Origin: Narcine bancroftii
Lineage: Eukaryota
NCBI RefSeq assembly: GCF_036971445.1
Contig: NC_091482.1
Coordinates: 60,946,001 to 61,010,000 of the forward strand
DNA length: 64,000 bases
Direction: 5' to 3'
Shown here: piece after piece, positions 23,036 through 55,473 of the stretch
How positions within the stretch are numbered: the stretch's first letter is position 1
How the letters are laid out: the number at the start of each line of letters is the position of its first letter
Notes under the pieces: generated by a model
Seen by the model: the letters and a program-made list of their open reading frames with translations, nothing else
Told to the model about the DNA's origin: nothing
The model's database searches: none
Translations under genes and position numbers: made by a program

Positions 23036-25699
23036 GGGCCCATTCGTTAAAACCAGTGCCTTTTATGCGAGTTAAACAGCAGCATTTGAAAGTGTTATCA
23101 GCCAGGAATTGTACTTGTGAAAGCCAGCAAGACCCAGGCAATCTCGCTTGACCCTGAAGCTGGCAGGACCATGTGTTTCTTTCTCCCCGGGTAACCGTGC
23201 TGAGTGATTAATTTGTGCTCACATCTTTCAGATGACCTTCAGTCCACGAAGGGCCTTGGCCGTCTGTGTGAGAGCTTGGAGTTTTCATCGGTGTGGGGTG
23301 TGCTGCTTCTCTTGTGAATGAGCAGCCGGCTGGGGTGGAAATGGCTGGCACAGGCAGGGTGGGCTGCACTGTCCTCTGACTCTTCAGCCACTGCATGAAG
23401 TGTAATTCTGTCTTGTTGGATGTTTGAGTCACTGCCACTGGGTGCTGGTTCAGCCAATGACTGTAAGGGACTGAAGTTTTTAATGCACTCCATATTTCCT
23501 CCTTCCCTCTGAGCTGATATAATGCATCACTCGGAGAGTGGAGATGGGAATTGAAGCTCCAGTTCCCGGCAGCTGTTTCAGCTTCCCAATCCATGCCGCC
23601 TGGTTCCTGTTTAATGAGATTTCAGTGCAGAGGTCAAGCAGTAACTTTAAATTGTGTGCAATTTTGATTTTGAAGATGCAATATCCAAAGGTTCAACAGT
23701 ATTTGTGGATCGACACTTTACACAGCTTTCGAAAGCAATTCCTCTGTACATTTTTGTGATCTTTAATCATAAGGAAGGACTTGTTTAGCCATCAATGTCC
23801 TGGAAGAAGTAAAATGATTGAAACATTTATAATGAGGACAAACCAAGAGTTAATGATTTGTACAATCAGGTGTGATGATCTTTGTATTAATGCAATTGTA
23901 GCACGGCAGACCCTTCATGCCAGTTGTGTTAAATTGCAACTTGTGCTGCTGTCCTGTTTATGGGATCTTGAGTGAACCAATCAGAATGGCTGTTCCTGGC
24001 TACTTCATTGTTGTGTGCAGCTAAGAAAATATGATTTAGTGCCAAATGCCACCAACTACAGCAAACCTCAAGCACCTTGAAGCAGTGTGTTTCTACGGAA
24101 TGAGTGGCAGCAGACCTTTGGTCCTCTTCGACCGAGAATTGAATTGCATTCACTGACTTTGCCCCCTCCGCCCCCCCCCCCCCATCCCCATCCCCAATGT
24201 TGTGGGAGAGATAGCCACAGGAAACAATCAGCCCCAGCTGGGAATGCCACGTCCTTTTACGGTTGTAGGGATATTTGCAGGTAAGATGCCACCTCATTTC
24301 CCTTTACTTGTGCCAATACCTCACACAGTTGACAAGTGTATGGTTCAGTATTAATGTTGTAATGAAGACCCCTCCTTCAACCATCCCCATATTTGGCATC
24401 AAATCTTTGCTTGAACTTCTGTGCACAGAGGTTCACATGTTTGTACTTTGCTCGCACTGTGTTTCCAAGGGCTTTGAATGCTTTTAAATCTTTCCAATCA
24501 CTGCCATTTCAGGTTTTACGGTATTATTGACATTATATTTGACATTACAAGTTGAATTCTCAGTCAGAATGGAATTTTGTTAAATCTATTCCCTGGTCTT
24601 TTAAGGTGATTAAAATATAAGCTTTTATTATATAAAATATAATGTTGCCTGTTTTCTCTGTTCCTTGATGTACCCTAGTTGCTGATCCAACAATCCCTCA
24701 TGCGGCAAAAAGGTGAACTGTATATTGTGGGAAATGGTTTTCTTGCCTTTTACTGACTTTTAATTTCAGGCCTCTGCTTCTTCTATGTCTTTGCTCAATT
24801 CCTTTATTAGTTTGAATGTACACCTCCTTTCCACAATCTGTGGGCCAATTTATTTCTATCTGTAAATCAAAAATACTGCAAACCCCAGAAAATGTCTGGA
24901 AAACTCAGTAGGTCCAATGGCATCAGTGGGAAGAGAAACAGTTTCAGGTGGAAGATCCTTCAGAACTGAGAGAAAGCCAGTTGGTGTAAATGGCGAAGAG
25001 GTGGTTTAAGGCAGAGGTGTGAAAAAATCTTCAGTTTTATTGTCATATGTGCCAAGGCGCAGTGAGAAAGTTTGTTTTGCGAGCAGTCTAGCTAGATGCC
25101 CTATACATAGTACAGCAAGAAAACAGTGCAGAGTTACAGAGCACTGTAAAATTGTGCTGCTGGATCAGAGATTCATTCAGGAGTATGATAATGTTGGGGG
25201 GGTGGGTGGGGGGGGAGAGAGAAACTATCCTTGAATCTGGTGATACGTGTTCTCTCCCTTGTAAATCTTCTCCCTGACTTTCCAAAGAGAGTGGCCAGGG
25301 TGGGATGAGTCTGTTAACATGTTGGCTGCTTTGCCAAGGCTGTGGGAAGTGCAGATGGAGTTGATGGTGGGGTTTCAGCCCTCTGATGTTTCTTGAGGTC
25401 TTGGGTGGAGCAGTTCCTGTCCCACCAGTGACGCGCCCAGACAGGATGTTTTCAGTAGTGCACCTGCAGAAGTTGTTGAAGGTTGAAAGTGAAGTAAATT
25501 TCTGGGAACCTCGGAGTCTTTGGGGTGCTAGTTCCTCTATATTAGTGTCACTGTGAAACTCCTGGCTGTGTTGCAATTGTGGTGAAATCTGGGATGTTGG
25601 ATAGTTGGCCTGCTAAATAAAACTGAAGAACTGCAGGCCGAAATGTGCAGTGGTGACACAGACTGGGGTGGAGGAGGGACTGCATGAGATGTCTCACTT

Positions 25700-26500
25700 T
25701 GGCGTTAATTGATTGGAAAAGCAAATTGTGCTATAGTTACAGAGTCTGCAGAGTATACATAGACAGGTTAAGTAAGTGGGCAAGGGTCTGACAGAGTGCA
25801 ACATCAGGGTCATGCACCTTGAAGGGAGCAATGATAGACTGGATGTTTAAATGGTGAAATACTGCAGCATGCTGTCGTGCAGAGGGACTTGGAAGTGCTT
25901 GTGTCTGAAATGAAAAAGTTGGTTTGCAGGTGCAACAGTAACCAAGGCGGCAAATAGGATGTTGGTTTTCATTGCTAGAGGGATTGAATTTAAGAGCAGA
26001 GATGTTCTCCATCTGTACAGGGTATTGGTGAGGCTGCTTCTGGAGTACCCACAGGCAGTTCTGATCTCCCTGTTGGAGAAAGGATGTACTGCTTTGAAGT
26101 GGTGCAGAGGAGGTTCATCGGGTTGACTGGAAATTAAGGGATTATCCTGAATTGCCTGGGACTGTACTAGCTACAGAGGGAATCTTGTGGAAATGTTCCA
26201 TTATGAAAGGGATAGATAAGATGGGAACTGGCAGGTGAGACTAAAACTCGCAGATTACTGGGAGTAGATTTAGGACTGAGATGAGGAGGAACTGCTTCTC
26301 CCAGAGTGGTGAATCTATGGAATTCTCTGCTCAAGGAACCGTAAATTAATACTGAATGTATTTTAGACAATAAGATAGGTTTTTAAATAAGAGTTGAGGG
26401 TTACTGGAACAAGTAGACAGGAATCCAGGGCAGTCAGCCATGATCTTATTGAATCTGATGCACGTTTGACAAACTGGATGGCTGACTCCTGCCTCTCGTG
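25700..26500 (+). mobile_element. CR1 LINE 3' fragment
   Basis: Degenerate RT C-terminus (LYRVLVRLLLEY; EMRRNCFSQSG-like). Confidence 0.7.
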
Positions 26501-27976
26501 TAACGGCAAGGTGGAGAGTTGGACTTATGCAGGCTGCAGTGTGCCTGGACAGTGGTGAGGTGCTCTTCTGGACACTGCAGGAGGCTGTTAGGGAGGTAGT
26601 GACAGACGGCTGGAACTCGGGAACACTCTTGTGGATGGTGGAGGAACCCTTGGCCGTCTCTGTCTGTGGGCTCTCTGATGCAGAGGAGACCAGTGTGAGC
26701 TATGGATTGGACAAAGTGTAGTCAGCTGGAAGTAAAAAAACAAAACTGCAGACACTGATTGAAGTAAATCACAATGCTGCTGGAGAAACTCAGCAGGTCA
26801 AATAGAGTATTTTATCTCGTGAAGATAAATAAGCAACTCTTTTGGGCTTGAGCTTATTGTATTGTAGAGCTGTTTGAGGAGATGAGATTAGAATGAGAGG
26901 GGAGCGGAGAAATTGAGAGGTTGTTTCTGCGGCTGTTGGAAATAAGATGCAGAGTGGCCAGGACAAGCTGTCCAAGAAGAGGAAAAATGCTTAAAGCTGG
27001 GGACTAAGCTGGGGGGGTGGAGTCATGGAAGTAGACATGGAGATGGAAGAAGATTTGGCATGGTGGTGTGCACTGAACTCAAGATTTGGGGGGGGGGGGT
27101 GAAGGCAAGGCTTCTACTGACAACAGCGTTCAGTCTCTGAGAGGGGAGGGAAGACAAGCAGGTCAGTGTGGGGGAGGTCAAAGGTTGAAAGTGTTGGGTA
27201 GGACAGGTCGGGTGGAGGGAGAGAGGTCAGAGGGTCACATTTTGTCCACACCTTGATGAAGAGTTCAAGCCCTAAATGTTGGTTACGCATCTCTATGTCG
27301 GATCAGCCTGAGAGATTCTGGGTCCCTGTGCAGGGATGGGGCGAGAGGGTATCGATCGCAGAAGGGGTGGGGGTTGAACATGGAAGCTGGTGGGTGGACG
27401 GTGCAGGAACATCTGGTGATTCAACAACGGAGGGCCAGTGCAATCCAGGACCCTGTGCCAGTGTCTGCGCTGCGTGGAGGTGGCCTCTCCCGAGTGCTGG
27501 AGAGATTGGGAACGTCCAAGGTCATTGTGTCGTGGGTGGGCTGGAGGAGCGGAGGGTCTCCATCACCCACCACGCGCCTGTTGCACTGATCCACGACCGC
27601 GCTGCACCGTCCTGTGCCTGTGTTCCTGTTGATGGGCCGGGTGGGTGTCGCCGTCCACACTCCAGTGCGGGGGAAGGCAGCGGGAATGCCGTAACTTAGC
27701 TGGAGTTGCGACATCGGGGAAAGTCCTGAGCGCTCCTCCGTGAACAGGGCCAGAGAACCCGCTCCCTCTGGTGCCCCTGACGCCTGTGGAACGGCGCGGT
27801 TTCACAGGAACGGTAACCCCACTCCGAGCAGGTTACACAGGGACGGTAACTTCCACCCCCCCCCCCCCCCCGAGCTGGAGGATTTATTATTCATCAGTCT
27901 GGAAACGTAATGAACGAGCAGAAATCCCAGAGATTGAGGCATTACTGGTTAAGCAAGGAATCTCAATACACAACAG

Positions 27977-27982
27977 TTTATT
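27977..27982 (-). terminator. Probable C15orf48 polyadenylation signal AATAAA
   Basis: AATAAA about 210 nt after the stop, followed by GT-rich CTGTTGTGTATT. Confidence 0.65.
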
Positions 27983-28192
27983 TTTTTCCATCTGGAGTTT
28001 AGATTAGCGGGGATGTAAGGATACTATGCCCCAAACTAAGCGAATTCACTGCTCTTTCCACCGATGTATTCCCGGGGGTTTGCTGGAGAGAGGTTGTTGC
28101 AAGCTTCTGCCGCATGTCTGAAGCTGCAGCCACAGAGGACTGGCCAGAAGTGACTCAGTAGTGTGACCTCCCGAGGCTCAAGATCCACTTCT

Positions 28193-28261
28193 TCACTTGG
28201 TGTAACGTTTCACCATCTGCAGTTCATCGACAGGCTCCCATTTCTGCGTGATGGTTAGCAA
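28193..28261 (-). CDS. C15orf48: C15orf48 last coding exon
   Basis: LLTITQKWEPVDELQMVKRYTK*. Confidence 0.92.
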   Translation of the reverse strand: MLTITQKWEPVDELQMVKRYTK

Positions 28262-30277
28262 CTGCGCAGGGTGGGAGAGATCAGAGAGGGTTAACGACAC
28301 CCGGTGGAAACCAAGCATTTTGCCAGAGATCTGTAAATAGGAACGTGCCCTTCGGCCCACCTTGCCTTGTACTCTCCCCAATTACTGATGTTTGAACTCC
28401 TGTCTCACCACAGCTGGAGCCTTGCCCCTAGTCACCGATTGTACAAATGACGCCACATTCACCTTTCCCTGAAACTGGTCTCTGGCGTGGCCAGAGGATT
28501 ACAGTCAGAGGGCGTTGGGCAACGAGGGACTTTCCATGCCTTAGTCAGCAGCGGTAGTGAGAAGAATGGGCGCTGTTCTCCAACGGGAAACCTTGTGTGG
28601 ACTCAGGAGTTGCTTGGAACTAATCCTTCTCCGGAACCCCTGCGCACAGATAATCCCCAAACATTGGAGTATCCCTGCATCCCCACAAATGCCACTCGGC
28701 CCGGTGAACTCCTCCCGATTCCAACATCTGCAGTCCATGTGAACAGTTGGGAGGCTGCCCGATCGGCTTGAGGGAGTGGCATCTCGGCCTTGGTCTCCCC
28801 CGATTAATATTCGGCAGAGGGACCCAGCTCCCTCGTATTCCCCGGAGGCCATTCAGCCCATTGAGCTCATACCAGGACTGTGGACTATTCCGCCCCACAA
28901 TGCCCGTCGGCCCCAGGTTCTGCCCCCGAAGACTGGGAGGAATGAACACGAACTGATCTCCAGCCCACGGTCTTTGGTGTGTGGGAGGGGAGTGGAGGTC
29001 AGGATCGAGTCTCTGAAGCTGGGAAGCAGCGCACCGTCACTGACGTCCGTGTCCACGCATCTTCCCCAGGCATAATTCTTATCCATTCGTATCACCCCCT
29101 CTCCCCGGTAAAGGCACGTGTCCGTGGTTCACCCACGACCCCGACTCCTTTCCGTGCCCACCTCTCCGCGAGCTCCTGAACTCAACCGCCCCCGCGACCG
29201 AGCTCCCGTTGAAGTGCCTGCAGCCCACAGCCCCTCCCTCCCCACTTCCTCCTCCCCTCCCCTATCCCTTTCTCCCCTCCCTTTCCTTCCCCCCCCCCCC
29301 TCCTTCCAGCTCCAACCTCCTCCCGAACCCACAGGGGGCCGGTCTCCCCCCCCCCCCCCCGCTCCAGTTTCCGGGTTGCTGCCCACCCTGCCGATCTTTG
29401 CCCAACTCCCGCTCTCGGTTGCGTCAACAGAGCAACGACTGTACCTTCTGGGGCTTGTTCGGGTCCACGTTCTCCCATGGAGTCGGATTGTGAGACTTGT
29501 TGATTCTGAATAGAAGGAAATGAAATCGAGAAGCAACGATCGTTGGGATCGCGCTGCTGGCTCGAGTTTAAAGACTAACCCACCCAGAGCGCGCTTCCTC
29601 TAACACCCACCCAGAGCGCGCTCCCTCTAACACCCACCCAGAGCGCGCTCCCTCTAACACCCACCCACACTTACCCACCCATTCGCACGTAAATACACAC
29701 CCACTCACACACACACACACTCCGACACACCCACCCACCAGCTCCGCTCCCGTCGCCCGGACTCTGCGGAAACTTACATGACATCGCTCTTGGTGGCGAG
29801 GAAGTAAATGCAGGTGCCAGTGCCGAAGGTGGCGGCCGTGGTCATCAGAGCGACCAGAGGGATGAGCTGTGGACCCAGACCAAGTTACTCAGCGACCGGA
29901 CGGACCGTTCCCCATTTCCCCCTTCCCACGATAAACATCGGACGTTGAATTGAGCGAAAATGAGACAGAGCCCCCCCCCCCCCCCCCCCAACACACACAG
30001 ATCGAAAACAAAACTAAAACGGGTCCGGCGGAGATGAGTCCTGATCAGGATGAGATTGGAAGGAGGGTTCATGAGGCAGGGTAACCCTGACTTTGGAAGG
30101 GAGAGGGAGGGAGGCTAATTGAAGATTTGAGCGAAGGGTTGAGAGGCTGTCGGTTAAGGGACTGGGTATCTGAGGGTTGAGGGACGGAGGGTGACCGAGG
30201 TTTTGAGGGACGGAGGGGTGACCGAGGGCTGAGGGACTGACCTCCTTCCTCTTGCGGAGTAGGGAGAGAAACTTCAT
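28193..30277 (-). CDS. C15orf48: C15orf48/NMES1/COXFA4L3 (NDUFA4-family complex IV accessory subunit), 84 aa: complement(join(28193..28261,29445..29505,29778..29866,30242..30277))
   Basis: MKFLSLLRKRKE|LIPLVALMTTAATFGTGTCIYFLATKSDVI|INKSHNPTPWENVDPNKPQK|LLTITQKWEPVDELQMVKRYTK*; GT-AG junctions; lies between SPATA5L1 and SLC30A4 as in human. Confidence 0.93.
29445..29505 (-). CDS. C15orf48: C15orf48 coding exon 3
   Basis: INKSHNPTPWENVDPNKPQK (NPxPW motif), 61 nt. Confidence 0.92.
29577..29668. repeat. ~27-bp tandem repeat x3 (ACACCCACCCAGAGCGCGCTCCCTCTA) in a C15orf48 intron
   Basis: Seen directly. Confidence 0.85.
29778..29866 (-). CDS. C15orf48: C15orf48 coding exon 2 (TM helix)
   Basis: CAG|LIPLVALMTTAATFGTGTCIYFLATKSDV|GTAAGT. 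Confidence 0.92.
30242..30277 (-). CDS. C15orf48: C15orf48 coding exon 1
   Basis: ATG...MKFLSLLRKRKE|GTCAGT. Confidence 0.88.
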
Positions 30278-31697
30278 GCTGACCGAGCTGCGTTGACTGA
30301 GTCCGAAGCCGGGATGCCGCTGTCGCCGCCACTCCCAGCGCTCCGGTTTCCGCGTTGAGTCATGACGGTCACGTCCGCAAACGGGGTGTGTGGGGTGGAG
30401 GTGGGGGGTGCGGGCGTCCCTACCGGCGACGACTGTAACTGCAGGGGTAGTCGCAGTGGAGGGGCCGGATGGGCAGAGGTGGGGAAGGAGTTGTGCAGTC
30501 AGGAAACAGGCCATTCGGCCCAACACATCCATGCTGAAAAAGGGTTCTCGTCCGTTTTATCACACCTCCCAGTGTAGCCGGACTGTCTCTGCTGGGCGAC
30601 ACTTCAATATCGTCTACGACCTCAGCCCCTTCCCTCCGACGATGGAGCAGGTACTCGGCACTCTCTGGGTGAATCTCTTCTCCCTGCCCCTAAACCAATG
30701 ACTTTTGGTCCATCCACCTGCTATGTGGAAGGTTTCCTGTCTCTAGCCTACATCGTCTGTTTGTAACGCCGCTGCTCCCGGACCTCCGCAAGGGGACAGG
30801 GGAGAGAGGGGGAGGGTAGGGAATGAGGAGGAGTGGGCATGGAGAGAGAAAGAGAGAGAGAGTGGGGTGAGGAAAGGGGGCGAGCAAGAGGACGAAGGGC
30901 TCGGGGGCGAATATAAACCTCAGCCGCGTTCACGAGGATGTCAGTATGGCTTTTGGTCATCAACCATGGATCTGGTGAGTGTGGAGCTCTCGAGGAACAG
31001 TCCTGGGGGCTCTTCCCCTCACTGGATAAAGGCTGAGCAAGGATCCCCTGAGGGCGCAGTATATCAGAGGTCTGTGGACACGGTCAGATCCTGCCACCCT
31101 CCCTCATTATCACTATCCAGTGAATATATTTAAGACAAGGTTGAATAGATTTTTACATAGATGGAGATTGAAGGGATATGGGGAAAGGCAGGTAGGTGGA
31201 GATGAGGCCATCATCAGATCAGCCATGATCTGAGAATAGAGGAACAGGCTCGACCGGCCGGATGGCCTTCTCCTATTTCTTGTATTCTCAGTTGACAAAC
31301 CAGCTCCAGTCTCCACAGTAGGAGAGGACACGGAGCGCCGGCACAGAGGGAGCGGCGAGATTGGGACGGTCTCCCTGCAGCTGATACAGCAGTCCATTGA
31401 CAGTCCTTGTGGGATGTTCACCCTCGACCTCACATGAGGATCCCCAACTCTGGTCCAGAGCGAACGCAAGCAACACCAGACCCAATGTGACGAACTGAAG
31501 GGGAGGCTCCGGGAATGGCCCCGGATCAGCGAGTCTTGGATCAGAGTGGGACCGCTAAGGACCAGACCCAAGGGTCTGCCGCCACCTTCATCCGAGTTTC
31601 TGATTTATTTCTGTTCCCTCTTCGATCCCCATCTCAAAACCAATTTACCCTAACACAGAGGAGCATTAAAACTAACATGCGATTCGCACAGCGGCTG

Positions 31698-32033
31698 CAG
31701 TGGTTCTCAACCTTTTCCACTCGCATACCACTTTAAGTATTCCCATGCCATCGGTGCTCTGTGATTAATAAGGGATTGCTTAAGGAGGTATGTGGGTAGA
31801 AAAAAAAAAGTTTGAAAACCACTGTTTAAATCGTCCCCAATTGACTCATTATGTGCAACTCCAAAGGAAATGGGTCAATGACAATTTTTCTCAAGCAAAA
31901 TATTTCAGTAACAATTGGATCCAGAGCAGTGATTCTCAACCTTCCCATCCCATTCACATACCACCTTAAGCAATCCCTTATTAATCACAGAGCCACGAGT
32001 ACATGAGTGGAAAGAAAAGGGCTGAGAATCACT
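31698..32033. mobile_element. hAT/Charlie-like MITE(s)
   Basis: CAGTGGTTCTCAACC...TTTGAAAACCACTG and CAGTGATTCTCAACC...GCTGAGAATCACTG palindromic units; related ends near 52798 and 54033. Confidence 0.7.
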
Positions 32034-32479
32034 GTGGTGCAATGCTGTTACAGTGCCAGTGAAGGAGTGTGTGCATTCTCCCCGAGTCTGTGGGATCCCT
32101 CTGAAGTGCCAGTTGACAAAAGCAATGTGGTCAAACAATAATCATAGCTTTTATTAGCAGAAACTCATGGTACAATAATGAGACAATAGATGCATATACA
32201 GTTATATCCAAGGGGAGTGTCCTTAACAGGAGAGATTAATGCACAGCCAATGTTAGTACAGCAAGGCTCGCCAGAGGAGAGACAGGCAGCTTGGTAGACA
32301 TTCACCACACCTCCCATCTTGCAAAGACATGTAGGGTTGGTAGGTTAATTGGGGTATTTGGGCAGCAGTGGACTGGAAGGGCTCGCACCGACCGTGCTGG
32401 CTATTGAACTCCCACCAGCCAGTAGTGCAGCCACAGTTTGAGCTCTTCCCCATCACCTCACTCTAACTCATCCTATCTG

Positions 32480-33010
32480 AAGACTTGAAGCGGGCAAGAC
32501 TACCAGCCACTATCATGTCAAACTATCGAGAGCGCCCTAGCCGGCTGCATCATAGTATGGTACAGGTGCTACAGAGAAATGGACCGGATGTCAATCCACA
32601 GGACCACAAGAGTGGCAGAGAGGATCACTGGAGTCTTCCTCCCCCTCATTTACATGATCTACCAGGATCTTCTATCTGAAAAGGGCATGCAAAATCATGA
32701 AGGACCCCTTGCACCCAGCACCTTCCAGCTATTCCTGTCAGAGAAGAGATACAGGAGGATCAGAGCCAGCACCATCTGGCTGAGGAACAGTCTCTTTCTA
32801 CAGGCAGTGAGAATGCTGAACAACCAAAGGAACAGCTCACACTGACCATCCGAGATTCTCATTCATACAAAACAATATTTATTTATAAAAATGAATACTT
32901 GTCCTGCATGTGTGTTGTCTGGTTGAGTGCCTGCATGTTTTGCACCAAGGAACGGAGAACACTTTTTCCAGTTTGTACTTGTACAATCAGATGACAAATA
33001 AACTTGACTA
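32480..33010 (+). mobile_element. Rex/Babar-like LINE 3' end
   Basis: KRYRRIRASTIWLRNSLFLQAVRMLN and a 3' tail shared with 1200-1260. Confidence 0.7.
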
Positions 33011-33158
33011 TTATAACCATATAACCATTTACGGAGCGGAAACAGCCATGTTGGCCTTTCGAGTCCGCACCAGTTCACTGATTTTGTGCTCCCTCTTCAG
33101 GCATTGGTCCCGGTAGATCTTCATTCAATAACGATGGGCGAATTCAATGCAGGTGGAA

Positions 33159-33860
33159 TCAGTCATGGAAGCTTAAAATGTTCTCTCTTGGATCCAGGCA
33201 AATTCTAAGCTTTCCATTCTTTTTGTCCACAATGACGAGTGAACTCACCGACTCCATTTGATCATCTATCTCCTGAATCACGTTCAGGCTTTCCATCCTG
33301 TCCAATTCTGCCTTTGGTTGCTTTTGAAGTGCAAATGGAACTTTTCTGCATGGATGTATTATCGGTGGCACACGTTTATCCACTCTGATCGTGTGTTCTC
33401 CTGGAAGGCAGCCTAGACCCTGAAATAGGTCATTGTACTCTTTCATGAGTTCATCATAGACTGTCTCTCCTTTGCTTTCCACAACGAGGACTCTTTTTAT
33501 CAGGTTCAGCTTCTCACAGGCTGTTAAACCTAGTATGGCCTGTACATCCTTTGGTACCATGATGAATGCTAGCATGTGCTCTTTGTTCTTGTGTTTCACT
33601 TTGGCCATGCATTCTCCTTGCACTGGTATATCGGTACCTGAATATCCTATCACCTTCACTTTTGTTCCATACATCGGTTTAATCTTCATTAAATTATTCT
33701 CTTATATTACATTAATTTGTGCTCCAGTATCCAATTTAACTGAAATGTGTATGTCATTCACTTTTAATCTCAACATCCAGTCTCTGTTTTCTTTCTTGTT
33801 TTCAGTCACATTTACATAGAATTTCTCTGCATGAACCTTGCTTTGTTACACTTGGTTCTT
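33159..33860 (-). mobile_element. Ty3/Gypsy-type LTR retrotransposon pol fragment (protease to start of RT)
   Basis: KLDTGAQINVI protease motif, then LGCLPGEHTIRVD...CRKVPFAL...SLVIVDKKNGKLRICLDPR. Confidence 0.85.
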
Positions 33861-35342
33861 ACAGGCCTTTGTTCCACATGTCTCCTCACCTTTTCGCCTA
33901 CTGCCAACCAACCTCTCTCTCTTCCCCAGTCTGAAAGGAGGTATCCACTGCCTCCCTTTGCACAGATGCTTCTCCAAGTACTAAGTTTCCAAAGCTTTGA
34001 TATTTTTATTAGATACAGCTAACACTTCTTGGACCAGGCAACACCCAAACTTTGGTGCTGAAGAATGAATTGCACCTCTTGTCAAACAGGTTCAGTGCAA
34101 TCAGCTGACCATGCAGAACACTATTTAACACTAGCTGGACAATGCAGTCCAGCCCATCATCAGCCTCGCCACCACTGTGGAACCATTCAGCACTCACTCA
34201 CCTTCACCAACTCACTGGCCATCCATTTGTTTCTTCAGAGCCACCGGTTCCAGGGCCCAAGTCTGAACTGAAGGGGTGGGAGAGAGTGACTGCACTTGAA
34301 GTCAAGGCCCCAGTCTTGGAAGGAAAACATTGCCATGGGGAATATAGTCAATTGTTAACCCAAGGTTACTCATGAAGAATACATTGCAAGCGGCTCAGCA
34401 TCAAAGGGGCTAAATCAGAACCCATATGGTTAGTGGAACAAGGCACTCTGGATGTAAACAATATTACACATGGTTAGGGATTGATTATCAAACAGCAGGG
34501 ACATGGCCCCTGTAGGGTTGGAGGGCTGTTGACAAGCTGGGAAAAGAGATTGATGCAAAGCTGGGGACAGCATGCACGAGAAGAAGATGCAGAAGTGTCA
34601 GTGGGAAACAAAGGAGAGAGGTCCTGGTGCCAGTGACATTGACGCCAAGAAATGTTAGCCCCATGGGAGGGGAGTGCCGAGGACCTGCAAAGAAAAGCAC
34701 TGCAACACTTTCCAAAGGATTGCTTCTCACCCCCACTAACATGAATGTTCCCTCCCTCAGCTATCTCTGCTCAGCTCCACAGAACATTGCTGTCTTCCCC
34801 TGCCTGGTGCAGCCTCCAGCTATCCACCCTCCCCCACCCCACCCTGCTCTCAAACTTAGCCATCTCTCTCTGTTCCAAGTTACAAACAGCCATTATGTAC
34901 TGTCCTGCTGGTTACATCTCAAGGGGATTGTGGTTCCACTAGGAGGTAAGCATAAACCCTTCCCCAAAATGCACAACTCGTCCCACTCTCTGGAGGATTC
35001 CCCCCCCTCTATCATCCATTTGCCCAAATGCCACCCAGCCAATGCTCAGTGGGACAGGGCCTGAGACTATCCCTGCACCTCTGCTCCTTACAAACACTTG
35101 CAACTCCTGCTAAATTTATATTAAAACAGTCAGATTGAATTGCAATCGTATTACACATGGGTATTCACTCGACATTTTATACCATTTTTCACAATTCTAT
35201 GTTACAAAGCCATGCTTTCAACTGGGAGTACAAAAAAGGCTTCAGCAGTTATAAAAAAAATTTAAATACATTTTAAAGTATTGATTTTCATCTTTTGCCC
35301 AATCTTAATCCAACAAAAGTCACTCTTTGGGATCAGCAAAGG

Positions 35343-55307
<19,965 letters not shown>

Positions 55308-55387
55308 GGCAACGGGCCTCACCCCTGGCCCACACTCAGCCACCGGGCTTACATCCGCCGGAAGTGGTTGCAACTTCCGGTCGCACC
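55308..55387. promoter_or_regulatory. Bidirectional promoter core between AFG2B and ARPIN
   Basis: 80 bp between divergent ATGs; inverted ETS pair CCGGAAGT...ACTTCCGG; CpG island. Confidence 0.75.
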
Positions 55388-55473
55388 ATGAGCCGTATCT
55401 ACAGCGAAGATCGTCTGCGGGTCGCTCCGGTTTATCGCGAGCGACTCCTGGAGCGCTGGGCGCCGGCACGGGG
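55388..55473 (+). CDS. ARPIN: ARPIN coding exon 1
   Basis: Kozak GCACCATGA; MSRIYSEDRLRVAPVYRERLLERWAPAR; donor GG|GTAGGG. Confidence 0.85.

Noticed and set aside
27250-27810. CpG-rich stretch with overlapping ORFs downstream of C15orf48
   Set aside because: No recognisable homology or exon structure; probably a CpG-rich extension or old repeat.
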